The position numbers and the translations under genes are program-made. The notes beneath the pieces were generated by a model, which did no database searches, was not told the origin of the DNA, and worked only from the letters and a program-made list of their open reading frames with translations. This document shows, in pieces, positions 40,517 through 52,709 of a stretch of 64,000 nucleotides of DNA. The first letter of the stretch is position 1, and each line of letters begins with the position of its first letter. The DNA is from Psilocybe cubensis (Eukaryota), in assembly GCA_017499595.2 (NCBI GenBank), contig CM039009.1, positions 1,302,001-1,366,000 of the forward strand. Reading direction: 5' to 3'.

Positions 40517-40972
40517 CGGATGACGGATGTTATTTTGGTAATTTTGGCTTACTTAGTAAGATTGCCCTGTTTCAACACCATCTTCATCGTAAAGGTTTTC
40601 TCAAATATCTCGGCTCTTCCGGAGTCGTTTCAGGAATAAAAGATGACCGAATGCTTTTGGTGAATTCTGAGCCCTTGAACCAATGTGTACTCAACATAAC
40701 ATACGTAGTACACAATGTCATGCGCGAGTCCCTCTATATGACCGTGAAGAAGAGGGATAACTCGGTCATCCCTTTCAAATCTTACCTCCCCAGAATTTCC
40801 GGCGCGAATATTTTCACCAGAATGACAATTGAACACAGAACGCATCTGATCAACGGCGCCGATCAATGTTAGGCTGTTAGGCTAACATTCACTCATTAAC
40901 TGCATCATGATTGGCAGCCGGATATTGACATATATTATATAATGCAGCCTTGAGGAACCCATACCACCTTCC

Positions 40973-43272
40973 ATGTCTGCAACCTTTCAGTCCACAATGC
41001 AAACGTACACCATTGCAGCTGGTCTAGTGGCATTTGTTGTTGGCCTCCGACTTTATGCCAGCGCGGGCAAATCCAAGTTGCCTCTTCCTCCCGGTCCAAA
41101 AGGGTTGCCGTTAATTGGAAACTTGCTGGATATGCCCCGGACCCTAGAATGGCAGACATACCACAAGTGGGCTAAAGAGCTGAGTAAGTCGAGTTTTGCA
41201 ACGTGGCGCAAGCATTCCTCATTCATGCTAACCGTCTGGCGAATCCCAGAAAGCGACATCATATACGTTAATGTGGCGGGAACATCATTGGTCGTGCTGG
41301 ACTCGCTGGAAGCTTGTAAAGATTTACTCGACAAAAGGTCTACAAACTATTCTAGCAGGTACATACATCCATTTGAGTGTTTTTTGTAAGTCGGTTGACT
41401 CCAGGGACCGTGATGATTTTCAGACCTCGTATGCCCATGTTGATTGAATTGATGGGCTATGGATTTCTGGTTGCCATTATGGAATACGGTACGTGTGGTT
41501 CTAGCTCTTCCCATATATATAAATTCAACTAACTCACTTTTTGCCGTAGGCGAGCGATGGTATGAACCTGGTATCTAATTGTGCGCTCTCGTGTAAACGA
41601 TTTCTATTTTTAGGCGCCAGCACCGACGCCTCATCCATCAGGCGCTCAATCCTGCAGCCGCATCGACAATTACACTCCCACCCACCCTCAAAGCAGCTCG
41701 AAACGTTCTCGGCAGATTTCTGGAAAAACCAAACGATATCATGGGCAATTTGAGACAGTAAGTGGCCAAGATGATATTGATTATCCAAAATGCACACATA
41801 ATTGGACGAACAGTATGACGGGAGAAGCGATCATATCAATAGCCTACGGCTTGGATGTTTTGCCAGAGAACGATCCATATATACACCTTGCAGAAAAGGC
41901 CAACGAAGGACCAGTAGAGGCTGTGGTTCCGGGGGCATTCCTGGTCGACATGCTACCCTTCTTGAAATATGTTCCAGCGTGGGTCCCAGGAGCTGGATTC
42001 CAGAAAAAAGCGGCGAAATGGAAGGCCCTTGGTCAGGCTATGATAAATGTTCCGTTTGAAAAAACAAAAGAAAACATGGTGCGCTGAGACTTGATGAAGC
42101 ATCATTACACCACTTTCTATGCTGACTGGCCGGTATGAATAGCGTGCAGGGATCTGTCCGCCTTGTTTAACCTCTACCTGTCTGGCCGAAATGGAGCATG
42201 GTGCAGCAGACGTAGCATACAGTGAGGAGAATATCAAAAACGCGGCTGGAACATTATATTCGGGTATGTCAACAATCCTCGCCTCTTAATTGCTGCTCAA
42301 TTAATAATCCATTGTCTTGAAATAGTTGGAGCGGATACTGTAAGAAATAATTAGGCCTTCCAGCTATTCTCTATTAACTCTACTCCTCATCTACAAGACG
42401 TTGTCGATCGTAGGCTCATGTGTTCTAGCTCTCATAGACCATCCCGAAGTTGTCAAGAAAGCCCAGCTGGAGCTAGATAAGGTCATCAAGCCGGGTCACT
42501 TGCCTGATTTTAATGATCAGCCCTCTCTGCCATATATTACTGCCATCGTGAAGGAGGGTCTTCGCTGGAACGATGCGGTACCGATGGGTATGTCCACGCT
42601 CACAACCTTCTAATCTTTTATATAAATACGTTCGCATGAATAGGTGTCCCTCATCTGATAGAAGTCGAAGACGAATACAAAGGACACCGCCTTCCTGCTA
42701 GATCTATTGTTATAGCCAATAGCTGGTAAAAATTGCCTGCTTCTTTGTTATATTTTTTTGACTTATCTTGATGTGACTCATAAGGGCTATTCTTCATGAT
42801 GAAAAACTATATCCGGATCCATTTACCTTCAATCCAGATCGCTTTATGAAAGGTGACAGTCTTGATCCCAATGTACAAGACCCGGGGGAGGCATGTTGGG
42901 GATTTGGAAGACGGTAATGGACAATGTGGAATTAAGCATGACTTTACACTAATCATGCAATTTCCAGCATTTGCCCAGGAAGACACATGGCATTCTCAAC
43001 AATCTGGATTGCCATAGCCTCTCTTCTTACTGTTTATGATATCAGAAAACAAGTTGACGAGGATGGGAATGCTATTGAGAACAACCACGAATATGTTTCC
43101 AATATTACATAGTGAGTTCAGAGTACCTGTTGTTATCGAATAAAATTGCTACTGAATTTTGGTACACTATTGAATCAGCTCCCCAAAGCCTTTTGTCGGG
43201 TCAATCACACCGCGCTCCAAGGAGGCAGAAAACCTCATTCGATCTTTCGCTTGGCAGAGCGCAATATGTTGA
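40973..43272 (+). CDS. Cytochrome P450 (OrdA-like / CYP64-clan type), intact
   Basis: TM anchor followed by LPPGPKGLPLIGN. I-helix GADTT, EGLR, FNPDRF, heme motif WGFGRRICPG. Many introns and micro-exons. Confidence 0.95.
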
Positions 43273-43843
43273 TAAAAGTATTGTCCCATAGTTTCTGTAC
43301 ATACTAGTATTTATCAGGAGTCTCGCCTTATAGTTTGTGTCTCATATGCAAAGTACACTAATGACTTCCGCGCAAGTAAGAAAAGCGGTACTAGTACTAG
43401 AACTTGGAAGTTGAGTAACTCAACCGACGGTACGTGGTGTTAATCGCCGTTAAGCGCAGGTGTGGCTGGCAGGCAACAAGGTTGTCTAAACTTGTAGCAT
43501 GCTCAGTAATCCCAAGCTCACCGAGGTTTAACAGAACCTTACGCCGTGATTGCTGCTTAGCGGAAAGATATCTGAAACATGTAGATGCACTAGCAATTTG
43601 CTCAAACAGGAAGATAGTCAATGCAACGAGTTTCAACAATGATATAATGAACATATTTGTAACAAAGATAATAGGCAAGTGGGGTAGAGAAAAAACATCA
43701 AAGCAAAAAACAAGCGAAGCATATGAAAGCAGAGCATGTGGATATCTAGGAGATGAGGCACTAAAACTAAAAGCAGTACTGGAGAAAGCAAAACAAAGAG
43801 GAAACGGGAGGATAAGTGTAAAAATAGCTAATCAACTACACCG

Positions 43844-45884
43844 TTAATGCTCCTCCGAGTCCTCAATGTTAAGAAGTACACAGAAACCCTTTTTCTGCAC
43901 CAATGTGATTTCCTCCTGCTGATACATAGCATCAAGCAATGCCACCCAGTCCTCTGATTTGAAGGAGGGATGTGCGGCAGAGTTCCCTACATTCGTGAAC
44001 ACATTTGTTCGATGGGAAATTAATTGCATGGCAAAGGTGTTGCCGCACAGACGTTGTATCCATTTTAGGTCAGCCTGATGACCAGGTTTTGCGTTCGAAA
44101 CAAAATCGGTCAATATTTTTTGTGCAGCCTGACACCGCTGATTATCAATGATGTTGGACGCCGTAGGACCAGTGACGCTGATCTGACTCGAAAGATATAA
44201 TTTCCACAACGAGGCAGTGTAGTAGGATTGACCATCTGGTCGCGGAAGAGCAAGCATCCGGGCAAGGGAAATCTGTGCCTCCTCGATGATGCGCCTTCGA
44301 CGTATTCGGTTCATGAATATGGAATCCTGTAGGTGTAAAACAATATTCACTGAGTCAGGTAAATATGGGAGGTTTATAAAAGAATACCTTCGACGTAAGA
44401 TATTGCATCATGTCATTTATATCCTGTCCAAATGTCGCTTCATTATGTTCGACCTTATTTGCTAATACTTTATTTTTGGACACCTCCTTCTCGAATTTCT
44501 CCTGCAGAGTTTGAAGGTTACCTGTGAGTGCCTTGTTCTCCTGTTTGAGCTCCGTGTTCTCCTTCCGAACGATCTGCAATTCAATCTGAACAGCCTTGAA
44601 TTTGCTTTTGAACTCCGTGTTCTCCTTCCGAACGATCTGTAATTCAGTCTGAAAAGCCTTGAATTTGCTTGTGACCTCCGTTTTCTCCTTCCGAGCAATC
44701 TGCAATTCATTCTGAACAGTCTTGAAGTTGCTTTTGACCTCCGTGTTGTCCTGCAAAACAACATCGAGTCTTCTTTGAATCCCATGTATTATTTGTAGAA
44801 CTTCTGGAGACATGCTCGATGATGTGGTGCCCAAGGACTCTGCAAGAGAAGAGCGGAAAGAAGTCTGTTCTTCTTCTACAGCCATCACAACTTAACATCT
44901 TGTTAACAAATAATGAAATTATTGATGCTGACCTTGTAATTGAAGCGCCTTTTGTTTCTTCCTGGCTTTCCGTTGAGCTTTCTTGCTCATTTTAACCTTC
45001 ACCTCCGCCGATGATGTTTGTACCTGTGCTAACTTCTTCTTCTTCTTCCTTTTCTGCAGTCCCTTTGTCTCTGTAGTGTGGAGAGTTATTGATAAGCACA
45101 GAGCATGATTCCATAGAATGGATTTGCGCACCGGAAGATTCAATTTGAAGTTCAGGGTCATTGTGAGCATTCTCGGGTGAATCGTCGACACTTGCATCCG
45201 AGTGACTGCCTTCTGTGTCCCTATCAACATCTTCTTCCAACGAGTTGCCTTCTGTTTCTCCATCTTGGCTCTCTAGGGCAAAAGTCAAATGAGGCCTTGT
45301 GGTATCAGAAGCATGGCATACCTTGAACGATAAGGGTATCATCCTTGATAGCAGTGCCAATGTCCACATCCTTGATAGTCGTGCCAATGTCCAGAGACAC
45401 GGATGGGCCAGACAAGGCCTCGTCATCAAGACGTGTGGAGAACATCGCATCCTCATCTGGACAGATTCAGATAAAACATTGCCATACAATGAGTGAAGCA
45501 CACCTGTTTCATTGTTTGCTTTGCTTATTAGGAGTTCATCCTCCTTTGGTGAAGTTGTCGCATCATCTAACGGTGCTTCGCCATCATTGTCGTCCACCGA
45601 CAGATGACGGAGTGTATCCGAGTCTGTCAAAAGAATAAGGGTACAAGAACTTTTGGGAAGAATACGCGATGCGTACCGGGCTCATATTCGGAGTCATAGT
45701 CAGAGTTGGCGTACTCACCCTCTGTGATAGAGGATTCCATCCCAGAGACAAAAGAGCGGGCGACATGGAGTAGGCGGGAAGAACTATCCATTTTCAGCAC
45801 CACTTGCGATGCTACAGGATTCGACCCGGCCATTAAGGTGCCCGCAGTAGCACTACTATCTGTGGAGGGCTTCTCCTTTGGCAA
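43844..45884 (-). CDS. Uncharacterised acidic/coiled-coil protein with GNxAAH C-terminal domain; true start uncertain and possibly further upstream
   Basis: A chain of minus-strand exons with GT-AG introns. Heptad repeats in 44355-44888. Last exon MNRIRRRRIIEEAQISLA...NVGNSAAHP. Confidence 0.65.
44550..44752 (-). repeat. 63-bp coding tandem repeat, about 3.2 copies (21 aa, three heptads)
   Basis: DNTEVKSNFKTVQNELQIARK / EKTEVTSKFKAFQTELQIVRK / ENTEFKSKFKAVQIELQIVRK / ENTEL. Confidence 0.92.
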
Positions 45885-47332
45885 TGCGACTAGATGTGCA
45901 AAGTTGAATAAATGCCCTTGTCAATGTCAATGAACGGTTCAAATTTGTATGTTGAACTGACATATTAGTAAAGGGTCGTTATCTCCCAATGGAACGCTAT
46001 ACAGTCCATATAATACTGGGATATCGATGCCTACAACAAGTGTCTTGGGCCCTCCGTCCCAGTCGGGAGGTAGAAGAATGCTCCTTAAAAATTGGTCGAC
46101 GTTGGATCTCTCAGCTTCTCCGGTTACGTCCAAGTCATCTTGAAGTCCTCTTGTCAGCACATAACAGGTCACATGTCACAATATCGTACGGTCACACACC
46201 GGCTAGCCAATACTGGAGAGCCCACTCCGGGAGACCCTCATGTTGAGGTACGTCTATCGGTGCATATGTAGGTATTTTTCTAGACAATTGTGATTCCGTG
46301 ACTCCCATAATCTTGGACATACGCAACATGTATACGAGTATGACATCGGCATCGGACCTCCCTGAGCATTCGATTCGAAATTCAGATTTCGAATTTTGGA
46401 TGATTGACTGGGGGTTGAACACAACGACGGTGAGAGGTTTCGACCATAGATCCATAATGATACACTGAAGGGAGAGCAATAGAGTATGAGAATCCTCGAA
46501 GCGACCAGCTGCCATAAGTGTTGAAATCCCTCTGTTATCGATCAAGAATTGACAGTCATATTCCCTCCGATCGGCCCATTGTCTTCTTCATGGCGGACTC
46601 GTGTTCACCCGTGTGGTGCAACAACTTGGAGCAGTGAAGATTCCTTTTTTGTATTCTGGTATATTTAAATATAGAGATTCCTTCTTCAGCGTTCCAATCC
46701 GTCTCAATCTCTCCAGATCAAATACTATCAAATCCTATTATGGAGCAAACATCCCTGTTTGCAGTCTCCAAGTTCGTGTCTTCTGGGTGTATCACGCGTT
46801 TCATCTCACCAATTTCTCCGAAACGCATGTCGAATAATAATATCAGTTACCGCACAGGAACAAGGATGCCTCCTTTTTGCAACGACCGATTCTATGTGGC
46901 ATATCCAGTTAGAAACATGCTTCAATCGCGCGGCCACCTTCGATACTACAGACTTTGGAGTCTGATTGCATTGATACGCTCAATGCCCACAATCCACTTT
47001 TCAACCAATTGTATCGCTGCTGCGTCACTTGGGGGAAATTACGGATAACATCACCAAAACGTCGAATAGATGATGGTTAAGCGCCTGTCAATTTCAATAA
47101 CATGTTTGATGAAAAAAATGTTTCTTATGAGACACATTAAAACGATTCCGCTTCGATTACTGACGGCAACAGTCGATTTCCCACTATAGACTGATGGTAC
47201 GGTGGTCAATCACAGAACTAAGCTCAGATATCCGGAATATACAGCAGCAGATCAAGGACTTCTTGATCGTCCATCTTCACTGTGCAAAATTCCTACGATG
47301 AGCATGTGTGGGATAGCTCTTGATTTAACGAT

Positions 47333-49931
47333 TTAACTGAATGAACCGCTCGCCAGCGACATGATAAGCGGCAATTGGGCCTGGGGGTTGGGTACATCGG
47401 ATATCGTGGGAGTTGCAACTGCGTCCATTTGCCACACTATCTCTTTATCCGGCAAAGCAACTTTGAACGATTCGATGAGCAGACTTAGCACCACCTCTGG
47501 AAGTACAAGTTGAAAATTTAAAAATGCACCATCAAGAGAAATAAGTCGCAACACTCACTCATTTCCAACTGGGAAAATTTGAATCCTCTGAAAGAAAGGA
47601 TTGATTTGATTAGGACTGGACTTCGTGCGGTTGTAACAAAAGCTTACATGCAAGCTCTTGACCCCCCTAGAAAGGTCATTCTGTGATTGAAAGAAAACGG
47701 TAAATAGAACAATTCAAATAAAAACATAGCAAATTTCTCACAAGTTTGCGTATATCCCAGGTAGGCGTGCGTTCGTGACTGTCTCAGGCAATGGCTCGAG
47801 CCATCTCTCTGGCTTCCACTCGTAAGAGTCAGGTCCCCACAATTCGGGGTTTCGATTAGCGGCCAGAATCCCGATCAAGATCTTCGTGTTTTTGGGGACA
47901 AAGATCTCCGTGACTGTTTGGCCATCAGTACCTTTAATCGGGGAGGATAATGGGACTGAGACGTCCTTTCTCGCGCTGTAAGAGTGAACCAATCGTCATG
48001 TTAGCAGTTCAAACAATGAAACATTGAGAAGGGATACTCACACTCGCATCGCAATAGAAACTGGTGGGTATCTGAAAATATTTTCAGATAAGGAGAGGTT
48101 GGATATACATGATGGACTTACAGCCTGAGAGTCTCACGGCTATAGCATCGAGATATGGAAGGACAACAAGCTCATCATATGGTATATCACCACCATAACG
48201 CGCTCGAGCCTCGATTATCTCCTCTCTGAGCCTTGCTTGAGCATCCGGGTGCTTAGCCAATAAATGAAAAACGCGGGACAGCGCAGCTGATGTTGTATCA
48301 GTGGCGGCAAACGTCAGAGAACTAAGAGAAAATAGACAATACGCATCAGATCCAGCTGGCAGGAATAGAAAACGGTCGCGGATGTTGCTTGACTACTCAC
48401 GACATCTGACCAATGACCTCCTCATCAGAGAGGCGGTCTGATCCCGAGGCAGACATATTTGCCCTGACTGAGAAGAAATTACAATATGTTTTAAATTACA
48501 AAGTCGTTCAAGAATTAGATCATTACTCACGAAGGATGCTTAGAATATCTTTTCCTTGGCCAATCTGATTTCTGACAGCCTCATCGCCATTGTCCAGTGC
48601 CTGTCTCTTCGAGTTTAAGATCTCAACGGAGGTGTTGTACATGGTGTCCGTAATATCTCGAATCTTGTGCGCCGCTTTCCACGGCAATAGATTTACAATG
48701 GCGCGCCGAATTTTCGGTGGCCCTACCCGAGTCGTCCATCCCAGATACATGCGAGCGAACATCATTTTCGATGCCACAGGACTACGCCGTTTAATATCAT
48801 TTATAAGAAAAAGGGAAGATGAGGAGGCGAAACTCACACAAGCTCCTGGGTCGATTTATAGTATGGGTGGCTGGGTTCGTCTTCTTTCAAAGAGTCAAAC
48901 GAGTAGCCAAGCCCACTTTGTCCTATCAGCTCAAGAGCGGTGCGCTTCATCCATGGAAGCAGGTCAATCTTTAAACCTCACATCAACATCTGCCAACATA
49001 TTTAGAGGGAATTAATGCATATTACCTCTTGCGCGCTGTTCTTAACCTTCTCCAAGATCGTATCACGAAGTTTGTGAGTAACATCGTAGAAAATTGGAAC
49101 TTGTAGGAACAGTCAGCGGTATGGGATCAGATGAAATCCGTTCAACGCTCACCCATTTCTCGCATATGCGCAATAGAAAATACGGGGTTGAGCATCTTCC
49201 TTTGTTTACGATGCTGCTCGCCTGTTTCCCGTCAGAATGTGAGGGGAGTTCACATAATGAATATCATGCTCCTCACCAAGACTGCTAAGGATCCCAGGTC
49301 CAAATAAAAGCTTGCTTTCTCTGAAACATATAATCGTTGAGAATATGTACAAGGCATGTCAAATTGCTTTCGAACGCACCGAATAAACATGGTTGTCTCT
49401 TCAAAAATATCCTGGTCCTGCCGATGCGTGTCATTTTGACCATTTTCTTGCATAACAATAATAATTACACCACCTTAACGATGATGTGGTGCAATGCCTT
49501 TGGATCGAAAACATACAGTTGGGTTTCCTGGATTAGATACATTAAGAATTCTGATCAGGGAAAAAGGAGGTAGTTACTGACACCGAACAGTGCTTTGATT
49601 TTGATAACACCTCCAACTGGTTTTCAAGACAAGAATTCAGTAGCTAACGCTGCCGTAAAATAGAACAGTTGAGCTACGTACATGTATCCGCAATTCTCTT
49701 GTGAAAGTCCCAAGCATTGGCGTTGAAAAGCTCTGGATATGTGCCTATGATTTCAATCTCTCAGTAAAAACATTTACCGTGCTTTGTGAAAGCAAGATAC
49801 TCACCCAGCCATGATTTTGGAATAGGTCCCGGTATATTGTCGAGGGGCGAGGTAATCAAATAGCGCCGGCACAGTATACAGCTTGAAGCCACCGCTATTA
49901 TGATCACAAAAAGCGGGAGGGGGAATGACAT
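47333..49931 (-). pseudogene. Cytochrome P450 (CYP5150/CYP5136-like by appearance) with a 1-bp frameshift
   Basis: LDNIPGP, LTFAATDTTS, WKPERW, heme region TFLGGSRAC/GF. A base is missing at 48140/48141, just before RETLRL. Could be a sequencing error. Confidence 0.8.
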
Positions 49932-50968
49932 ATGATTAAAGGGATATGATTCCTAGAGGTGGACAGCAGGAGTTTGGGCATACGTGGGCAACTTGGATGG
50001 CATTTTATACACCTCAATTATAACAGGTAGCAATCAAGACGAATTCGAGTCAATGGAACAAACGATTGCGTTCCATCCTGTAAAAGATGACGCGTTTTGG
50101 ATTATGGGAAGCGTCCATGAATCCCGATCCAGTGATCCTCTTCGACTGCGCAGGCGCTCATTCCGACAGCGTAGGTTTGTAGAGACTTATTGAACGCTTG
50201 CAAAGTCGCCGTGAGCCTGTTGTGGTACTGGTGAGAGAGATGGTCAGCAGTTATTATCCAAGACACTGCCACTAGGATTGACGAACGTGGAAATTAAACG
50301 TTTCATTAAGGTCTTCATAGGCTGCAAATCATGCAACTGGTAGGCGTGAGGCGCCTACCAGTTGCTTGTGAGTCAGGTTGACCATTTAAATTTTGATAAG
50401 AATAAATACCAAGGATAGTTTTTAGGCCGTACTTGGCGGGACTACATAGAAGTTGCCAGAAGTTGCAAGAGGATAACTCACCTTTACCTAATGTGGGAAA
50501 GCATTCATGAAGTGCTTGACCACCACGAAGCAACGGGGTGAGATAGACATTGCGTGGTATATGCTATTGTACAAGCCCTGATTGCAAAAAATGAGGGGGA
50601 AAAGAAGAGGCATACAACACAAAAAAAAAAAAAAAAACAGAAAATAATTCAGAATTTGTCTATCGACATTGAGAAGAGATGGTGCGGACAACATAGAAAG
50701 GAAAGGAGGATGTCATGACAAGACAGGCAGTCGCCTGAGTGAAACACACGAGTCGCATATGTAGGTAAGAGAAACGAACTAAACTAGAATTATTCAACAA
50801 TTTACGATTAACATGACGGAAACGGAGTGGCAAGGAATGTCTGGTCAATTGAGGATGGTGAGGGCCTAGAGATCGCGGCTGGGTTTCGGATTCAAAAGAG
50901 TAGAGAGGATGCTGGCATAGGGTGGACGAGAAATGCATATAATAGATAAATAATAATCCGAGAGGAAC

Positions 50969-52365
50969 CTATGAAAATTTCCATCTAGACATGACGTTAA
51001 AACTTGGAAATTAGTAGAATTGGGCGTGTAAACATACTTGTTCTGGCAAACGGTGCACCTAGGTAGAAGGAAGGATAAGTAATCAATAACGGGTAAGGCG
51101 AAGCGAACATACGTGACGAAAGTCTGAAAAGATATTGTCAATAATTGAAGAGCAAAAAGGTACGATACGCACTGTCATTGGTTCATCAGCACTTCGTGTT
51201 TGTTGTTGACGATAGACACATTTACGCTACAAGCCATCAGCGTTGCGATAAAGGGCACCACAAAGGTTTGTAACTGACCTGCTTGCACCTCGAACACTGG
51301 AACGCATCCGTCTCTGCCTGCTTCTCTGCGGCCGACAGAGATTTGAAGAAATTGTCTTTTTGGATCTGTTCATCAGCGGCCTTTCTTTCCTCGGATGCCA
51401 TTTCCTGAAGAACCCGACAATTATGAGGTGACCGTCGAGAGTCACAAAGATGTGGCTTACTTGACTAGTCATCTTGCTAAACTTCTCTGGTGAAAGAGAG
51501 CCTTCCACTATGCTGGCTCGAAGACTTGGGTTGCTCTTATCCTTGAGATTGACGAACAGAGAGCGAATTTTAGCTTTATACTCCGGGGTGACGCCCTTCA
51601 TGTTGTTCAAGACACATTTCTCGATTTCGTGAGCTTTCTGGGATACAGTTTCAATGGCTGTAATTCATCCTGTTAGTGACCATTCGACAGTGAGGGTGTA
51701 TACAACGCACGGGCGGTGGCATCGATGGCAAGAGCATCATAAATGATTTCCACACACTTGTCTCTTGTCTTGTCTCCCGTTTTCCCAGTGACACCGTCTC
51801 CCTTCGCGGTGCGTACTGCAGCATTCGCCGAGTTACCAGAGGGTGTGACCGGTGTTGTTGCGCTGTTTGTTGTCTTTTTGTCTACGCCATGGTCAGCAAG
51901 CTCGATGAGCGGCGAGATATAGTGGCTGACTCACCTGCGGCAGCATTCGCAGAACCGGCTGGTTTGGTCTTCGCCTTCTCTACTGCTGTTTTCCAATGCT
52001 TTACAATCTCTTTGGCGAGATCGGCCACGGGTTTCGAAGCATGTTGTCTGAGTTTACCGACCGCCAATCCAATCTTGCTCTCCTAAAAAACAGATCAAAA
52101 AGTGTCAACATATCGGGGTCTAGTCCGGATGTGGGATGTGGGAGACGGGAGTAAAAAAACAAATGAGCAACACCCACCCTTAGAATCACTTCTGTTATTT
52201 GTTTTTGCTTCAGAGTAGACAAGATTGCTATTATCTCCTATAAAATATGAAATTGGTCAGTGAAAACGAAATGGAAGGGTTTAGCATAGAGAACTTTACC
52301 TGATCATTAACAGCGGTTTGCAACTGTTTCACGGCTTTTTTGAGTTCTATCACAGTATCCGACAT
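50969..52365 (-). CDS. DST1: Transcription elongation factor TFIIS
   Basis: IGLAVGKLR (domain I), YKAKIRSLFVNLKDKSNP (domain II), [32 protein letters not shown] zinc ribbon. Confidence 0.96.
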
Positions 52366-52709
52366 CTTGTGTGCTACAGGTATTTCTAGTTCGACGCTAC
52401 GATTGACTACGACGGTATCCTTCCTTCTCGTGGGCTTGAATGGCGGGCAAATATCACTCAGCCTCTCAGCGACGCGATTGTTCTTGGGCAACCAATTGAA
52501 CCCATGCGCCCAGTGGCATTCATGAGGCCCATGAAGCTTTTGACAAACAAGAACAAACACATTCTCATCATTCGTTGAAGCTTACTTCGCCTTTCCGCAT
52601 CGAATAGCTTTTTCTCCTCGTCGTGTCGTCCGTTGCTCGTCTGGACATCCTCAAGCTCTCGGAGATCAAACAGACAGGGGTCCTTTTAATCTGACGTCCT
52701 ACCTTAAGA
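52366..52709. promoter_or_regulatory. Compact divergent promoter region between TFIIS and PRP46
   Basis: Head-to-head start codons only about 345 bp apart. Confidence 0.6.

Noticed and set aside
44550..44752. Regularly spaced repeats as a CRISPR-like array
   Set aside because: They are contiguous 63-bp coding repeats with no unique spacers, in a eukaryotic gene.
50338..50360. 9-bp stem hairpin tggtaggcg-tgagg-cgcctacca
   Set aside because: It is isolated and short, with no associated element end, so chance cannot be excluded.
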